Source: Chiloscyllium plagiosum (taxonomy: Eukaryota). From it: DNA of 64,000 bases. This document shows positions 1-12,084 of this stretch, piece after piece. Location: NCBI RefSeq assembly GCF_004010195.1, contig NC_057721.1, forward strand, positions 44,451,040 to 44,515,039. Reading direction: 5' to 3'. The number at the start of each line of letters is the position of its first letter. The first letter of the stretch is position 1. Below the pieces are notes generated by a model that ran no database searches, had not been told where the DNA came from, and saw nothing but the letters and a program-made list of their open reading frames with translations. The position numbers and the translations under genes were made by a program.

Positions 1-480
1 GATGCTTTGGAGCGGGTTCAGAGGAGGTTTACCAGGATGCTGCCTGGACTGGAGGGCTTATCTTATGAAGAGAGGTTGACTGAGCTCGGACTTTTTTCAT
101 TGGAGAAAAGGAGGAGGAGAGGGGATCTACTTGAGGTATATAAGGTAATGAGAGGCATAGATAGAGTCGATAGCCAGAGACTATTTCCCAGGGCAGAAAT
201 GGCTAACACGAGGGTTCATAGTTTTAAGCTGGTTGGAGGAAAGTATAGAGGGGATGTCAGAGGCGGGTTCTTTACACAGAGAGTTGTGAGAGCATGGAAT
301 TCTTTGCCAGCAGCAGTTGTGGAGGCAGGGTCATTGGGGACATTTAAGAGACTCCTGGACATGCATATGGTCACAGAAATTTGAGGGTGCATACATGAGG
401 ATCAGTGGTCGGCACAACATCGTGGGCTGAAGGGCCTGTTCTGTGCTGTACTGTTCTCTGTTCTATGTTCTCTGTTCTAT
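1..480 (+). mobile_element. CR1 (HER1-like) LINE 3' end: RT C-terminus, 3' UTR and tandem tail
   Basis: ORF 7..384 has ERVQRRFTRMLPGL...RRRRGDL...FFTQRVVRAWNSLP, typical of the CR1 ORF2 C-terminus. It ends in (TGTTCTC/TGTTCTA)n at about 452-480. Confidence 0.92.
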
Positions 481-1070
481 ATTTATTAATGAAACAGAAG
501 TAAATTTAACAGATTACATTGGGTCATCATCATTGGCACCTTCAGGTGCAGTTGTGCTTGCAGAAGTGGATGGCGGTGGTTGATCGTCTTCAGACTGTCT
601 TATGTGGGTTGGTTTAGATTATTGGGTATGCAGTTACAAGAACAAATTAGAAAGGCAAATGGTACGTATAAGGGTAATGCAATCCTGCAGGAAACATACA
701 GGGCTTATACAGCAATTATACAAGAATAGAAAGGCAAATGGTACGTATAAGGGTAATGCAATCCTGCAGGAAACATACAGGGCTTATACAGCAATTATAC
801 AAGAATATTCTTGTCTCAGAGGGAGAGCAATGAACGTTAATAGGTTTAATTTTTGAGATGAAACTGCTCAATGTATAGTACTGTACCTCTCACGTGCTCT
901 GGCTGCACTGATATCGGCACATGCACAGAATGAAGCGTGCAAAACGATCGTCACTGGAATCGTGCTATTGTGAACAGAGGTAAGTGTTCTCGAAAATATC
1001 ATTCCCTAATTCTTCACGACGTTAGAACCAAATTGTGCTGCCAAAGCACACTTTATATAAGAACCAGCTG
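481..1070. mobile_element. Partial pogo/Tigger-like non-autonomous DNA transposon, same family as 9108-10317
   Basis: 481-520 matches about 9307-9346, and about 860-1070 matches about 9361-9430 plus 10160-10317. It ends in AGAACCAGCTG followed by TA, the right TIR. The left end is hidden by the CR1. Confidence 0.65.
648..806. repeat. 79-bp direct tandem duplication, 2 copies
   Basis: TAGAAAGGCAAATGGTACG...ATACAAGAA occurs at 648 and again at 727. Confidence 0.92.
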
Positions 1071-1343
1071 TAGTTGTTCCTCAATTTTGATCCTGGGCAG
1101 TAAAGAATTGAAATGAACATGGAAATGGAAAGGATATACAGAAACCCAGTAAAAATCAAAGAGCTCGCAAGGCTGAGGATGAAGCCTTTCGCAACAGGGC
1201 TATATAGCATAAATGCATAAGCCCGTGTCTGGTACCTGACTCTGGTTATGGTCGTAGTGAAGTGTGTATGGTATCCTCTTGGTATAATGGCAAGTGGGTG
1301 GGGGTGAAGGTCCTGGTGAGGGAGTTAGGGCAGTACAGTTATG

Positions 1344-1465
1344 AAGAAGGGCCTGTGCCCGAAACGTCGAATCTCCTGTTCCCTGGATGCTGCCTGACCT
1401 GCTGTGCTGTTCCAGCAATAAAGTTTCAACTTTGATCTCCAGCATCTGCAGACCTCACTTTCTCC
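1344..1465 (+). mobile_element. Penelope-like element terminal repeat (pLTR) fragment with 13-bp TSD
   Basis: Flanked by CAGTACAGTTATG at 1331-1343 and 1466-1478. The sequence matches the pLTRs at about 25620-25745 and 38914-39050. Confidence 0.85.
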
Positions 1466-2194
1466 CAGTACAGTTATGGACATGATTGCAGGTATGGGAG
1501 ACAGCTATCTGCTCTTGGCACAACCACCTAACAGGAGGATGAAGGATCTATTTGTAATGGTTGAGATAAGGAGAAAGACCGAATAAGACTGCTTGGCATG
1601 ACAAGGAGAAAAAGGAAGGCAATGTGTACATTTGGAATTGGTGTTTCTGAGGAGGGAAATAGCAGGGCATCACTGACTGAAGATCATGGTTAGGGATTCC
1701 AAAGACTTTCTTGTCAGGTCCAGAAAGAGCTCTGCCCAGTCCTGCTTCTGTTCTATAAAGAGCTCAAAAGTAGGCAAACTGATATAAAACTTACTGCAGT
1801 CTCTACTAGTTAGATAGCTCCTAATAGAGTGCAGCACCTCCCCAATGATAAAGTCAAACATACATGTGGAATGGGGTGTTGACTTATGAATCCTAAATAG
1901 GCCCTTGCACTTTTAAAATGTGTCAGGGCCTGAGCCTGAATTGGTACCATAAATAATGAAGGGGGTTGAGGCCTGTGTAATTAACTGGAGGAGACAGTTA
2001 CTGCTGAATAAGGTCTGTCCCTGCTTACAGTGCTCCTGATGTTTTGATGCACTTTTGTACTCACTGCAGCTGTTAAATTTTACATGACATTTATTCAAAG
2101 AAGAGGAGAGAGATTTCCCCGTGTGCTAACCAATGCATTTTCTTTAGTAAAATTGCTTAATTCAATTAATCTAATCTCATTAATCAGAGGGAAA

Positions 2195-2283
2195 TGGTGT
2201 GGGTGTGTTACTTTTCGGAGGGTTTGTGTGGACTAGTTGGGCCGAAGGGTCTGTTTCCACACTGTAGGGAATCTAATCTAATC
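2195..2283 (+). mobile_element. SINE/CR1 3'-end fragment with (ATCTA)n tail
   Basis: GGGCCGAAGGGTCTGTTTCCACACTGTAGGGAATCTAATCTAATC is the reverse complement of the SINE tail at about 3678. Confidence 0.75.
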
Positions 2284-2529
2284 GAACCTCATCCCATTTG
2301 CTGAACTCCTGCCCTGAGAGATCCATTATTGGTAGCATCACAGTGACTGCAGCAGCTGAACCCACTGAATGGACTGAGCAAAAACTGCTTCCTCAACTAT
2401 ATGAAAAGAAACCACCTTTACTGTCTGAAAAGTGAAAGAAAACACTTCAAAAATATTGCTGTTTGAGTGTGAGCACGTGAATGGAAGTTCCTTCTCTTTC
2501 TCCTCTAGCAAGGACATGTGTGCAGCAAT

Positions 2530-2755
2530 TGTAACGAGATCAGCCAGATAGACCACATGGAATATAAGTTCCCTGATTGGGTCTGGTAATCTGGTCCAAT
2601 CAAGGAGCCCTGGCTAACAGACAAAAAACAGGATTGTCAGAGGATGTGTTCACTCCGAGTTGGCTCTGAGGGAGCTGGATCAGTGTCAAGGACTCGACAT
2701 GTGCAAATAAAGGGTGATTTGGTGACAAGGTACCAGCTTCTGTGGAGTAATTTCA
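2530..2755 (+). mobile_element. Probable solo LTR (Gypsy-like)
   Basis: Begins TGTAAC, ends TTTCA, and has AATAAA at about 2706. No clean TSD is visible. Confidence 0.5.
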
Positions 2756-3480
2756 ATTTGCTTACAAAGTAAAAGGCAAACTTGGGGAGTTTACCTCTCC
2801 TTACCCTATCCATGCCCCTCATGATTTTATAGTTACCGAAAAAAGGTAAGGTAACACTTTGAAACTAGCCAATTAACTGCTTGCCTGCTGTGAGCTCCCC
2901 TAAACAGGTTTCTCCAAGGTCAGCTGTGAATTTTGCTGTTTGTTTATTTTTCTTAGAACAAACTCCAATGTCTGGGGATACTTGAAACCAAACAACAAAG
3001 GCAGTCAACTGTGCAGGTCACTGCTGCGTCAGACAGCTATGTAGGTTTATTGCTCTGTTTGAATCACTTCCCATGTGGTCACTGCCTTTTTCTGTCCTTT
3101 TTAAAGTGCTGTAATTTTGATTGTTTTTTCCCCAAAGTTCCAAAACGATGCAACAGCATATAGTACAGTAATTACTGCACCTAGAATTCGAGAAAATCAG
3201 CTCCAACACTGAAAATATCTCAAAAAGAGAACATCTCTACAGGCACAATTTTTTTTCTGTCGTCCATTCTGGATTACCCAGAATCCTTAATTGAAATATA
3301 AAAGATACTGAGGGAATATAGCCAGGTGGATGGTGGAAGGAGGCTTCCTTTTGTGAGAGAATCTAGAATTGGGGGTTATGGTTTAAAAATAAGGGATGTC
3401 TCCCATTCGAGACACAGATGAGGAAACAAGTTTTCTCTGAGGGTTGAGTCTTAAGAATGCTCTTCTTTAAAAGCAGTGCA

Positions 3481-3802
3481 TACAGAATTTTTAAATATTA
3501 GTGGTGGATAGATTCTTTAGATTACCTACAGTGTGGAAACTGGCCCTTCAGCCCAGCAAGTCCACACCGACCCTCGAAAGAGTAACCCACCCAGACCCAC
3601 TTCCCTCTGACTAATGTGCCTAACACTATGGGAAATTTAGCTACAGAATTTTTAAATATTAGTAGTGGATAGATTCTTTAGATTACCTACAGTGTGGAAA
3701 CTGGCCCTTCAGCCCAGCAAGTCCACACCAACCCTCGAAAGAGTAACCCACCCAGACCCACTTCCCTCTGACTAATGTGCCTAACACTACAGGAAATTTA
3801 GC
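3481..3802. repeat. 161-bp tandem duplication spanning a CR1/SINE junction
   Basis: TACAGAATTTTTAAATATTAG...GGAAATTTAGC occurs at 3481 and 3642 with about 4 substitutions. Confidence 0.9.
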
Positions 3803-3969
3803 ATGGCCAATTCATCTGACCTGCACATCTTTGGACTGTGGGAAGAAACCTACGCAGACTTCGGGAGAATGTGTAAACTCCACACAGACAGTTCCCCTAG
3901 GCTGGAATTGAACCTGGGACCCTGGTGCTGTGAGGCAGCAGTACTAACCACTGAGCCACCGTGCTGCCC
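3678..3969 (-). mobile_element. tRNA-derived SINE (HE1/V-SINE-like), essentially full length
   Basis: The minus strand starts GGGCAGCACGGTGGCTCAGTGGTTAG (A box) and has GGTTCAATTCC (B box), a central V-domain-like core and a CR1-like 3' tail. Confidence 0.88.
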
Positions 3970-5089
3970 CAACAGATTAATTCTTAATTATCAAAGAGAT
4001 GAAATATTATTGGGGTTACGTAAGAATGTAGTGTTAAGGTTAAAATCTGATCAGCTATGATCTTGTTGAATGGTGGACAGGCTTTAAGGGCTGAGTGGCC
4101 TCCTCTCATTCCTTATTTGTATGTCCCATCCCTCCACAATCATCCTGGCCATCTGCCTTGCCCACACAACACACACAACCTTGCCCACTTGTCCATCTAG
4201 TAAATCTCATCTATTGTTATGGAGCTGGATTGTACAGACTGGGAAGGTTCCAGTTCTGATTCTTGGTCAGTGCTAGGATATTGTAATTGGCCCCAGTATC
4301 CAGTGACAATGAAACCTGTCCCTCAATCCAGTGAGTCTTGCTTGGATTTGGACAATGGGGTATAACGGTATTGACAAATAAGTAACCAGCTAGTGTCCAT
4401 CGCCTAAACTCACGTGTAACAAGAAGCCACATGAGTGAGGTATGCAGGTTAGGTGGATCCTTTCTCCTCACATGAAGTCATGGGGAGGGAGTGCAGGTGG
4501 ATAAAGGAGAGGAGAAAGATAGCAGGAATTGGAATATTTTTATTCGCATCACCTTTGCAGATACCCAGAAGACTTTTACCCAGCACATTTTAGAGAAATA
4601 TGAAACGGCAGTTTATCACCGCTTGACTAAATTGATTTGAAAACCCATTGAAATTTGTAACCAGCTGAAACATAAACATCATAATAGAGCCTCTGTGGAC
4701 ACTTTACAGTTATTTTAAAATCCAGCTTCTCTAAGCCCATTAAAGCTGTTTTCAAGTTTGAGCTAGAATTAGACCATCAGCCCAGTGTTGTTTCACAGGA
4801 TGATTCAAAACCTTTTAAATAAATAGGTCAAGGAATCAGTGCCATTTTCACTGAATGTAGAGATTAACTACACAATAAGAGAATTTGTTTAATATTATCA
4901 ACCCAGTTGGTAATATTTCTCTGGTGATTTGTACTGAAGCTGATAAGGTCAGAAGCATTCTGCCAATTAAATGCTAATTCTAATCTCACTGTAATGGATA
5001 AAATGTTAAAATAAACAAGTATCCAGAGTTAATTAGTTATTATCACTATATTATGAAAATGAAAGTAAGTTGAAGCATTATTGAAGTGG

Positions 5090-5790
5090 TATGTCTCCTG
5101 TGCAACTTCATTTTTAAACCCCCCAATTCTGTCTCTGCCACAGTAACTGAAATTGTCATCATCAAAGATACAAATTATATCCTTGGTGACTGTGAACATG
5201 ATAAATTTCAGTCCAATCCTCTGCAGCTTTCGACCATCTTTGACACGGCTAGTCAAACTGTCCTCTGTTGGTACTGAAATGGTACCATTTTCAATTCTTC
5301 CAACATGAAGCAGTCTGCACCATGTGCATCAAGACCCAGACAATATTCAGATTTGGCTGATAAGTGGTAAGGAACATTTGCACCATAAAAGTGCAAGGCA
5401 GTGACCACTTGCAGCGGCAAAAAGTCAAAATAGCTCCTTTTGGCATTATTCAGCACTGATTTTTGAATCGCCCTTTGACATTTAACAATGTCATCATCAC
5501 TGAATCCATACCATCAACATCCTTGACAATTGACCAGAAATGTAACTGGTCCATTCACATTAACACTGACTAGAAGACCAAAACAAAGGGTTTGGATTTC
5601 TGAAGTATGGAATTAACAACCTAACTCCTCAGGTATTTTACAACAAGAACAAGGCACAAGTCAGGAGTGTGTTGGAATACTCTCTACATACCTGGGTGCA
5701 TACAGCTCTACAAACATTCAAGAAGCTTGATGACAAAGCAGCCATTTGATCAGCACGCTATCCACCACCCTAAACATTCCTTCCTCCAGT
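5090..5790 (+). mobile_element. Degraded CR1/L2-clade LINE RT fragment (family B)
   Basis: Residual ADKW.(V)TFAP.KC(Q)A and ...KAQVRSVLEYS... motifs; homologous to 43100-43560. Confidence 0.65.
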
Positions 5791-6039
5791 GCACACTACT
5801 CACATTCCTTGCCACCTCCTTACTCCCAGACTCTGCTCATGCCATCTATAACCTTTTATCCATCCCCATGATCTCTCATACCTCTGTGCTATCTTAGTAC
5901 CAGTTCATGCCAAGCCACAGTTACATTTCTCCCTATCACCTAACGTACCAACTCATTTAGCATTCACTACTACCCAAGCCACAGGAGACAAAATAAAATT
6001 ATATTATTTGTCGTCTCGTTTGACAGAACTTGAGTATTA

Positions 6040-6183
6040 CTGAAGAGTAATCCCTCTTCCGTAATTTCCCCTTCAATAATTTCTTCTTTGAATCCTCCCA
6101 CTTCCTCCAGACCAAAGGGGTAGCAATGGGCACCTGTATGGGCCCCAGCTATGCCTGTCTCTTCATCGGGTGGAACAGTCCAT
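6040..6183 (+). mobile_element. Penelope RT fragment
   Basis: Encodes SSHFLQTKGVAMGTCMGPSYACLF, homologous to 40930-41020. Confidence 0.8.
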
Positions 6184-6584
6184 GAGTTCTGTTAGCTGCT
6201 AATCATTTCTGGGAATTTGCACATATCCTCCAGCAGGCATCAGAGAACCCTGATAGAAGCATCATAAATGCCATTTCTCCAGGGCCAGGGTGGCTACATC
6301 ACTCTCTCACTTTCAGATCAGGAGGCCACATAGAAAAGCTTCTGCTTTGAATTTCTATCTTGCAGTCACTAGTCTTTATTCAGTATTGAAGTCAAGCGGC
6401 CTCAAGTAGACCTTTACTGACTATGCACAAATTTCAAGGAAGTCATGTCTTTCTTTGATGTTAACTATTGCACATTGTATTTTCACTTGCTAATGAATAA
6501 TCTTACAAAGAAGAGCTTTACAACCTTATCATCAAAACATGTGTCTGAAAAACTGCTGTGTGGGTTGCTAAGAAATAATTGAAC

Positions 6585-7298
6585 AACTCACCCTCCCCTC
6601 CCAGCACCTTCCCCTGCCACTGCAAAAATTGCAAAACCTGTGCCCACACCCCTCCCTTTGCCTCCGTCCAAGGCCCAAAGGAGCCTTCCACATCCATCAG
6701 AGTTTTACCTGCACTTTCACACACATCATTTACTGTATCTGTTGCTCCTGATGTGCTCTCCTCTACATTGGGTAGACAGGATGCTTCAGAAAACATCTCC
6801 AGGACCCATGCATGAAGCAACCTTCCTGCCCCGTGGCTGAAAACGTTAAGTTCCCCACTCCCCCAATGACATGCAGGTCCTCCATTGCCAAACCCTAACC
6901 ACCCGATGCCTGGAGGAAGAATGCCTCATCTTCCATCTTGAGATCCTGCAACCACAAGGGATCAATGTGGATTTCACCAGTTTCCTCATTTCCCCTCCTG
7001 CCACCTTATCCCAGATCCAACCTTCCAATTCAGCACCGCCCTCTTGACCTATCCATTGTCCTGCCCCTCCATCCACTCCACCCACCTCTCTGACTTATCA
7101 CCTTCTCCCTCACCTTCATCAACTATCGCACTCTCAACTACCTTTCCCCCAGCCCCACCCCCCTCCTGTTTATCTCTCAGCCCTCTTGGCCCACAGGCCT
7201 CATTCCAGATGAAGAGCTTATGCTTGAAACGTTGATTCTCCTGTCCCTTGGATGCTGCCTGACCGGCTGTGCTTTTTCAGCGCCACACTCTCAACTCT
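6585..7298 (+). mobile_element. Penelope GIY-YIG region plus pLTR, degraded
   Basis: TFPCHCKNCKTCAH zinc motif and YIG remnant, followed by the C-rich 3' region and pLTR. Confidence 0.82.
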
Positions 7299-8518
7299 AA
7301 TACTGAAGAAAGACATGTTTTGTGGAAGCTTTTCATATTGCACTTATCAGGGCATTTCACAATAACAACAATTCAAAGTGAAAAACCAACATCTATATTG
7401 CAGAGAGGAAAGTGATAACTGGTTGGCAAGTGGACTCTGTTTGGTAGAATTGTTGACATGCTGGATGCACCCATTAGTACTGATGGACAGTTAAATTAAA
7501 TGTAAATGTGAACAAAGCCTGACAGTTCACTCTAATGATTTAGGATCTCTGCCCAAGCAACTGATGGACTGAAATTGATAATTGCCCTCGGCTGACTGTG
7601 GCAATGCACCCAAATCTGACAACAGTTTTCCTTGATTTGACTGTAGTTTGCTTCCCTTAGACTTTGAGATGTGGTCATTTGATTGAAGGACATTGAGTGT
7701 TTGCCACATAAGCTGCTGGCAAATGCTACAGGTACGATATGGAAGCAGCACAGTACCATCCAGTAACATATCCAGCCCTCAGTTGTCACTAATGACAACC
7801 ATGGCAAGCTTCCTGGCTTTTTGTTTGTGCTAAAATGAAAAGCAAGAGCAAATACCTTGCGGCCGAAAAACACAGAAAAGGCAAAGCAAGGTAGAGGTAA
7901 CTGTGAGCATCCAAGTAGGCACAAAATGTAGGCACTCAGAAAGTGAGTGAAGGTGCCGCAAATGTACCCAGCTCTGATACATGGGATGGATACTTGACTC
8001 TGTGTGCAAATCTACATGGCAGCAACGTAACAATGAAAAATGCTGACATGTTCCAAAATATGGTTGCTGCCTGTGGAGAAAGCAGTGGTGCAAGGTACTC
8101 TCTCTAGTTCTTATTTCTGGAATTGTTGCTGTCTAGTTTCCGTCACATTGAAGAACAGCAAACACTGTGTTTCGAGAAAAATGATATGTAAATGCATGCG
8201 AATGAGCCTGTCACCATTCACACCATTCATTAACATCTCGTCACTCAAACCTTGGGTCTAAAATTGGGCTTTGTTCTTGTCTATGTCAGGGATTGCATTC
8301 TATAGTCTCCATATTATCCTAATTGTCCAATTCATAGAGGGTCTGGAAAAATCCAGATCATAGGTACAAATTTGGCAGAATAATGGCTAATGAAAGATTT
8401 TCAGGCTGAAGGAAGGTCCCAGAATCACAGATGCTAGTCTTCAGTCATTTCAATTCACTTCACAATATCAAGAAATGGCTAAAGGCACTAGATGCTGGAA
8501 AGGTTAAGGTTCGAATAA

Positions 8519-8981
8519 TGTTATGTTCCTAACAAAGATTACTCCTGGACAAGTCAGGTCCCACACAGAAACATGATTTGATAGATCATGCTCTATTTTA
8601 TTTGGTTTTAACAAAGCAGCCTCTCGCTGAATGATAAGTATGCAAAGATTTTGCTTTAACAATAAACTGGAAGTCTATTACAAAAGGAATGCAGATAAAA
8701 GAGAATAATCTGAGCCTATATACTTATAATATAAACTCCCAGGACTAACACAACCTAAAGTTAAAAGTGAAATTAACACTTTTGTTTTCTGAGCTAAGAG
8801 TATCTTCCCTAAGCTTAAAAACAGATTCCAGGACTGTCCGACAACTCCCTCTGAGGCCCCATCATTTTACCATGCTGAGTTGTAAACTATCTAAAATAAA
8901 CAGAAGTCCGTTAGTGCACAAAAATCCATTCACTTTACAGCTGGGCTTCAAAACCTGATTTTAAAATAAATCACCATGACA
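8519..8981. mobile_element. Possible solo LTR
   Basis: Ends are TGTTATG...CATGACA. The first ~70 bp resemble the reverse complement of 18315-18386. No TSD is seen. Confidence 0.35.
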
Positions 8982-9107
8982 ACAGAAATATTTACAAGTT
9001 AATTATTAATTTCAGAAAAGCCTACCAGCTATTAATTCATCTCCAGAATACCAAACTTGCAGCAACTAACATTAAAAATTATATGTATCAATCCCAGTTT
9101 TACAAAA

Positions 9108-10317
9108 CAGGTAGTTCTCCTGTAATGCCGTAATTGTGATCCAGCGAAACCTCGATTAATAGAAAATCATTTAATACAAATAATGGGGCCAATGGGAAAA
9201 GTGGGGTTCTGGGGCAGACCAGCAAAAAATATCATTCACAATCTCTCAAAAATCACCCAAAAGTCTAACACAAGTATATTACAGGCTGAATGAAGATTGA
9301 AATCAAATTTATTAATGAAACAAAAGTAAATTTAACACGGTACATTTAAACAATGTAAGAAAGCTGCTCTCTGTACAGTATCTCTCTCAGAAAGCTGCCC
9401 TGTTGACAGCTGACATCAGCACATGCACAGAACATCACGAAGAACAGCGCTGACATTGCGCATGCACAAAACGTCACGAAGACCGGCGCTGACATTGCGT
9501 ATGCATAGAACGTCACGAAGACCGGCGCTGACATTGCGTATGCACAGAACGTCACGAAGACCGACGTTGACATTGCGTATGCACAAAACGTCACGAAGAA
9601 CAGCGCTGACATTGCGCATGCACAGAACGTCACGAAGACCGGCGCTGACATTGCGTATGCATAGAACGTCACGAAGACCGGCGCTGACATTGCGTATGCA
9701 CAGAACGTCACAAAGACCGGCGCTGACATTGCGTATGCACAAAACGTCACGAAGACCGGCGCTGACATTGCATATGCACAGAATGTCACGAAGAACAGCG
9801 CTGACATTGCATATGCACAGAACGTCACAAGGACCGGCGCTGACATTGCGTATGCACAGAACGTCACGAAGACTGGCGTTGACATTGCGTATGCATAGAA
9901 CGTCACGAAGACTGGCGTTGACATTGCATATGCACAGAATGTCACGAAGAACAGCGCTGACATTGCGCATGCACAGAACGTCACGAAGACTGGCGTTGAC
10001 ATTGCATATGCACAGAACATCACGCAGACCGGCGCTGACATTGCGTATGCACAGAACGTCACGAAGACCGACGTTGACATTGCACATGCACAGAATGTCA
10101 CAGAGAACTGCGCTGACATTACGCATGCACAGAATGGTGCAGAGATTTCGGTGTGGACATTGGCGTATATGCAGAACGAAGCGCGCAAACCAATCCTTGC
10201 TGGAATCGTGCTATTGCAAACAGAGGTAAGTGTTCTCACAAATACCATTCTCTAATTCTTCAGTGATGTTATAGCCAAAACACACTGCCTAATCGTGCTT
10301 TATCCCAGAACTACCAG
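9108..10317. mobile_element. pogo/Tigger-like MITE carrying an internal minisatellite
   Basis: TIRs CAGGTAGTTCT (9108) and AGAACTACCAG (10307-10317, 1 mismatch), with TA after the right TIR. A paralog lies at 481-1070. Confidence 0.7.
9411..10178. repeat. CpG-rich 39-bp minisatellite, about 19 copies (TGACATTGCGTATGCACAGAACGTCACGAAGACCGGCGC)
   Basis: TGACA recurs every 39 bp from 9451 to 10114. The terminal units are degenerate. Confidence 0.97.
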
Positions 10318-10319
10318 TA

Positions 10320-12050
10320 CCCATCGTACCAAAGAGTTATGCTGTGCATCTGCTGTGACCCAAACTAAGCTGTTGCAGCTGCACTATAACAATGGCATCA
10401 ACATAGGAACGTAAGTATGTCCTGTTCTCAAAAAGCAGCACAAATCTAACCTGGCTAATTACAGACCCATCAGTCTGCTCTCGAACATCAGGAATGTAAT
10501 AGAAAGGATTGCTGGAAGCATTATCAATCAGCACTTGCTGAGAAATAACCTGCTCAGGTTGGATTTCACCAGGGCCACTCAGCTCCTGACCTCATTATCA
10601 CTTTTGTTCAAATCTGGACAAAAGGCTGAATTCTGAAGTTGAGTTGAGGATGACTACTGTTTATATCAAGGCAGCTTTAGTTTAACTATGGTATCTTGAA
10701 GCCCCAGCAAAACTGGAGTCAATGGAAATCAGGTAAAGTTCTGCATTAGTTGGAGTCATATCTAGCACAAAGAAAGATGCTTAAGGCTACTAGAGATTCC
10801 AGGACATCATTGCACGAGCTTATCAGGGTGGTGTCATGGTCCTAACCATTTTCAGCTATTTGATCAATCTTCTTCACCTTAGTTCAAAAGTTTGGATGTT
10901 CACTGATTGCCAGTGTTCAGCACTTGTTGCTTGTTTGTAACGGCCCAGAGCACGGTTAAGACACCACCATACTCCTGTGCATCTGCAGTCACATGTGGAC
11001 CAGATTAGGTATCAATGGCAGATTTCTGCGCCTAAAGGACAATGAACCAGACAGGTTGTTGCAACAATCAACAGTCACCATTAGGCTAGCTTTTTATTCC
11101 AGATTTTTATTGAATTCATATTTCACCATAACTTGGATGAAATTTGAAACTATGTCCCCAAAATGTTTGTCTGGGGTTCTTTATTACTAGTCCACTTTGC
11201 CACCAAGTCCACAATGCTAAATTGGCCTATGTACAAATGCAGCAAGACCTGGACAACATCTTACTTTAGGCTAATAAGTGACAAGTAACTTGTATGACAT
11301 GCACATACCAGGCAAAGGCCATCTCCAAAAATAGAGAATCTAACCATTTTTATTTCATGTTCAACAAAATTACTATTGCTGTATCAACATTCCCACCAAT
11401 AACTGAACTATACCAAGCACATAAATGCTAGTTACAAGAGCAGGTCAGAGATTAAGAATTTTGTGGTGAGTAACTCATCTCCTGACTCCCCAGTGCTTGT
11501 CCACTATCTGCAGGGCACAAGTCAGGAGTATGATGTCAATTCTCCACTTGCCTGGATGAGTGCAGGTCCACCAACACTCAAAGTTTAACAGTATCCAGGG
11601 TACAAGAGTCCACATGATTGGAATCCCAGTTACCATCTTCAACATTCACTCCCTCCATCACCAAAGCTCAGTAGCAGCAGTGTATAGCATCTACAAGATG
11701 CAATGCAGCAATTTACCAAGGCTTAATTGAAAGCATAATGTCCACCACCTAGAAGGACAAGGGTAGCAGATACATGGCAACACCATCACCTACAAATTCC
11801 CCTTGAAGACACACCCCATTCTGAATTGGGACTATAGTGCCATTCTTTCACTCACTGGATCAAAAACCTGAAGCTCCTTTCCTAACAGCACTGTAGCTGT
11901 ACCTACCTCCCATGGACTGCCGCCGATCAAGAAGCAAGCTCACCACCTACTTCTCAAAGGCAATAAGGGAAGGCTAAGAGATTTGATAGCAGTATTCAAA
12001 ATCAAGATGGGCAATAAATGATATAACCAGCGATGCCCACATCCATGATC
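10320..12050 (+). mobile_element. CR1/L2-clade LINE (family B), degraded RT and 3' end
   Basis: NYRPISLLS-like motif at about 10457; 3' end GGCAATAAATG...GATGCCCACATCC. Confidence 0.78.
10940..11200 (-). mobile_element. SINE of the family at 61360-61710, nested in the LINE
   Basis: gtcacatgtggaccaga...ggcagattt...ctaaaggacaatgaaccag is the reverse complement of the core at 61535-61605. Confidence 0.6.
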
Positions 12051-12084
12051 AAAGTGAGAAAAGGACTTGGACCTCAGTGTACAG

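Larger units (their letters stand above)
3290..4125 (+). mobile_element. Degraded CR1 3' end interrupted by a SINE
   Basis: Remnant CR1 3' motifs (gagatgaggaa...tctctgagggttg; gggctgagtggcctcctctc) lie on both sides of the SINE. Confidence 0.55.

Noticed and set aside
3890-3969. tRNA gene
   Set aside because: The A and B boxes belong to the head of a SINE that continues into the SINE core and tail.
5253-5456. Minus-strand ORF with VTALHFYG resembling a Harbinger transposase
   Set aside because: It is the antisense reading of a plus-strand LINE RT segment (ADKW..TFAP.KC).
9411-10178. CRISPR-like array
   Set aside because: The units are contiguous with no unique spacers, there are no cas genes, and the context is eukaryotic.
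9346-10248. Long ORFs of 300, 236 and 268 aa on both strands with 13-aa periodicity
   Set aside because: They follow from a 39-bp unit (a multiple of 3) with no stops in those frames. They lie inside a MITE, are open on both strands and show no gene structure.
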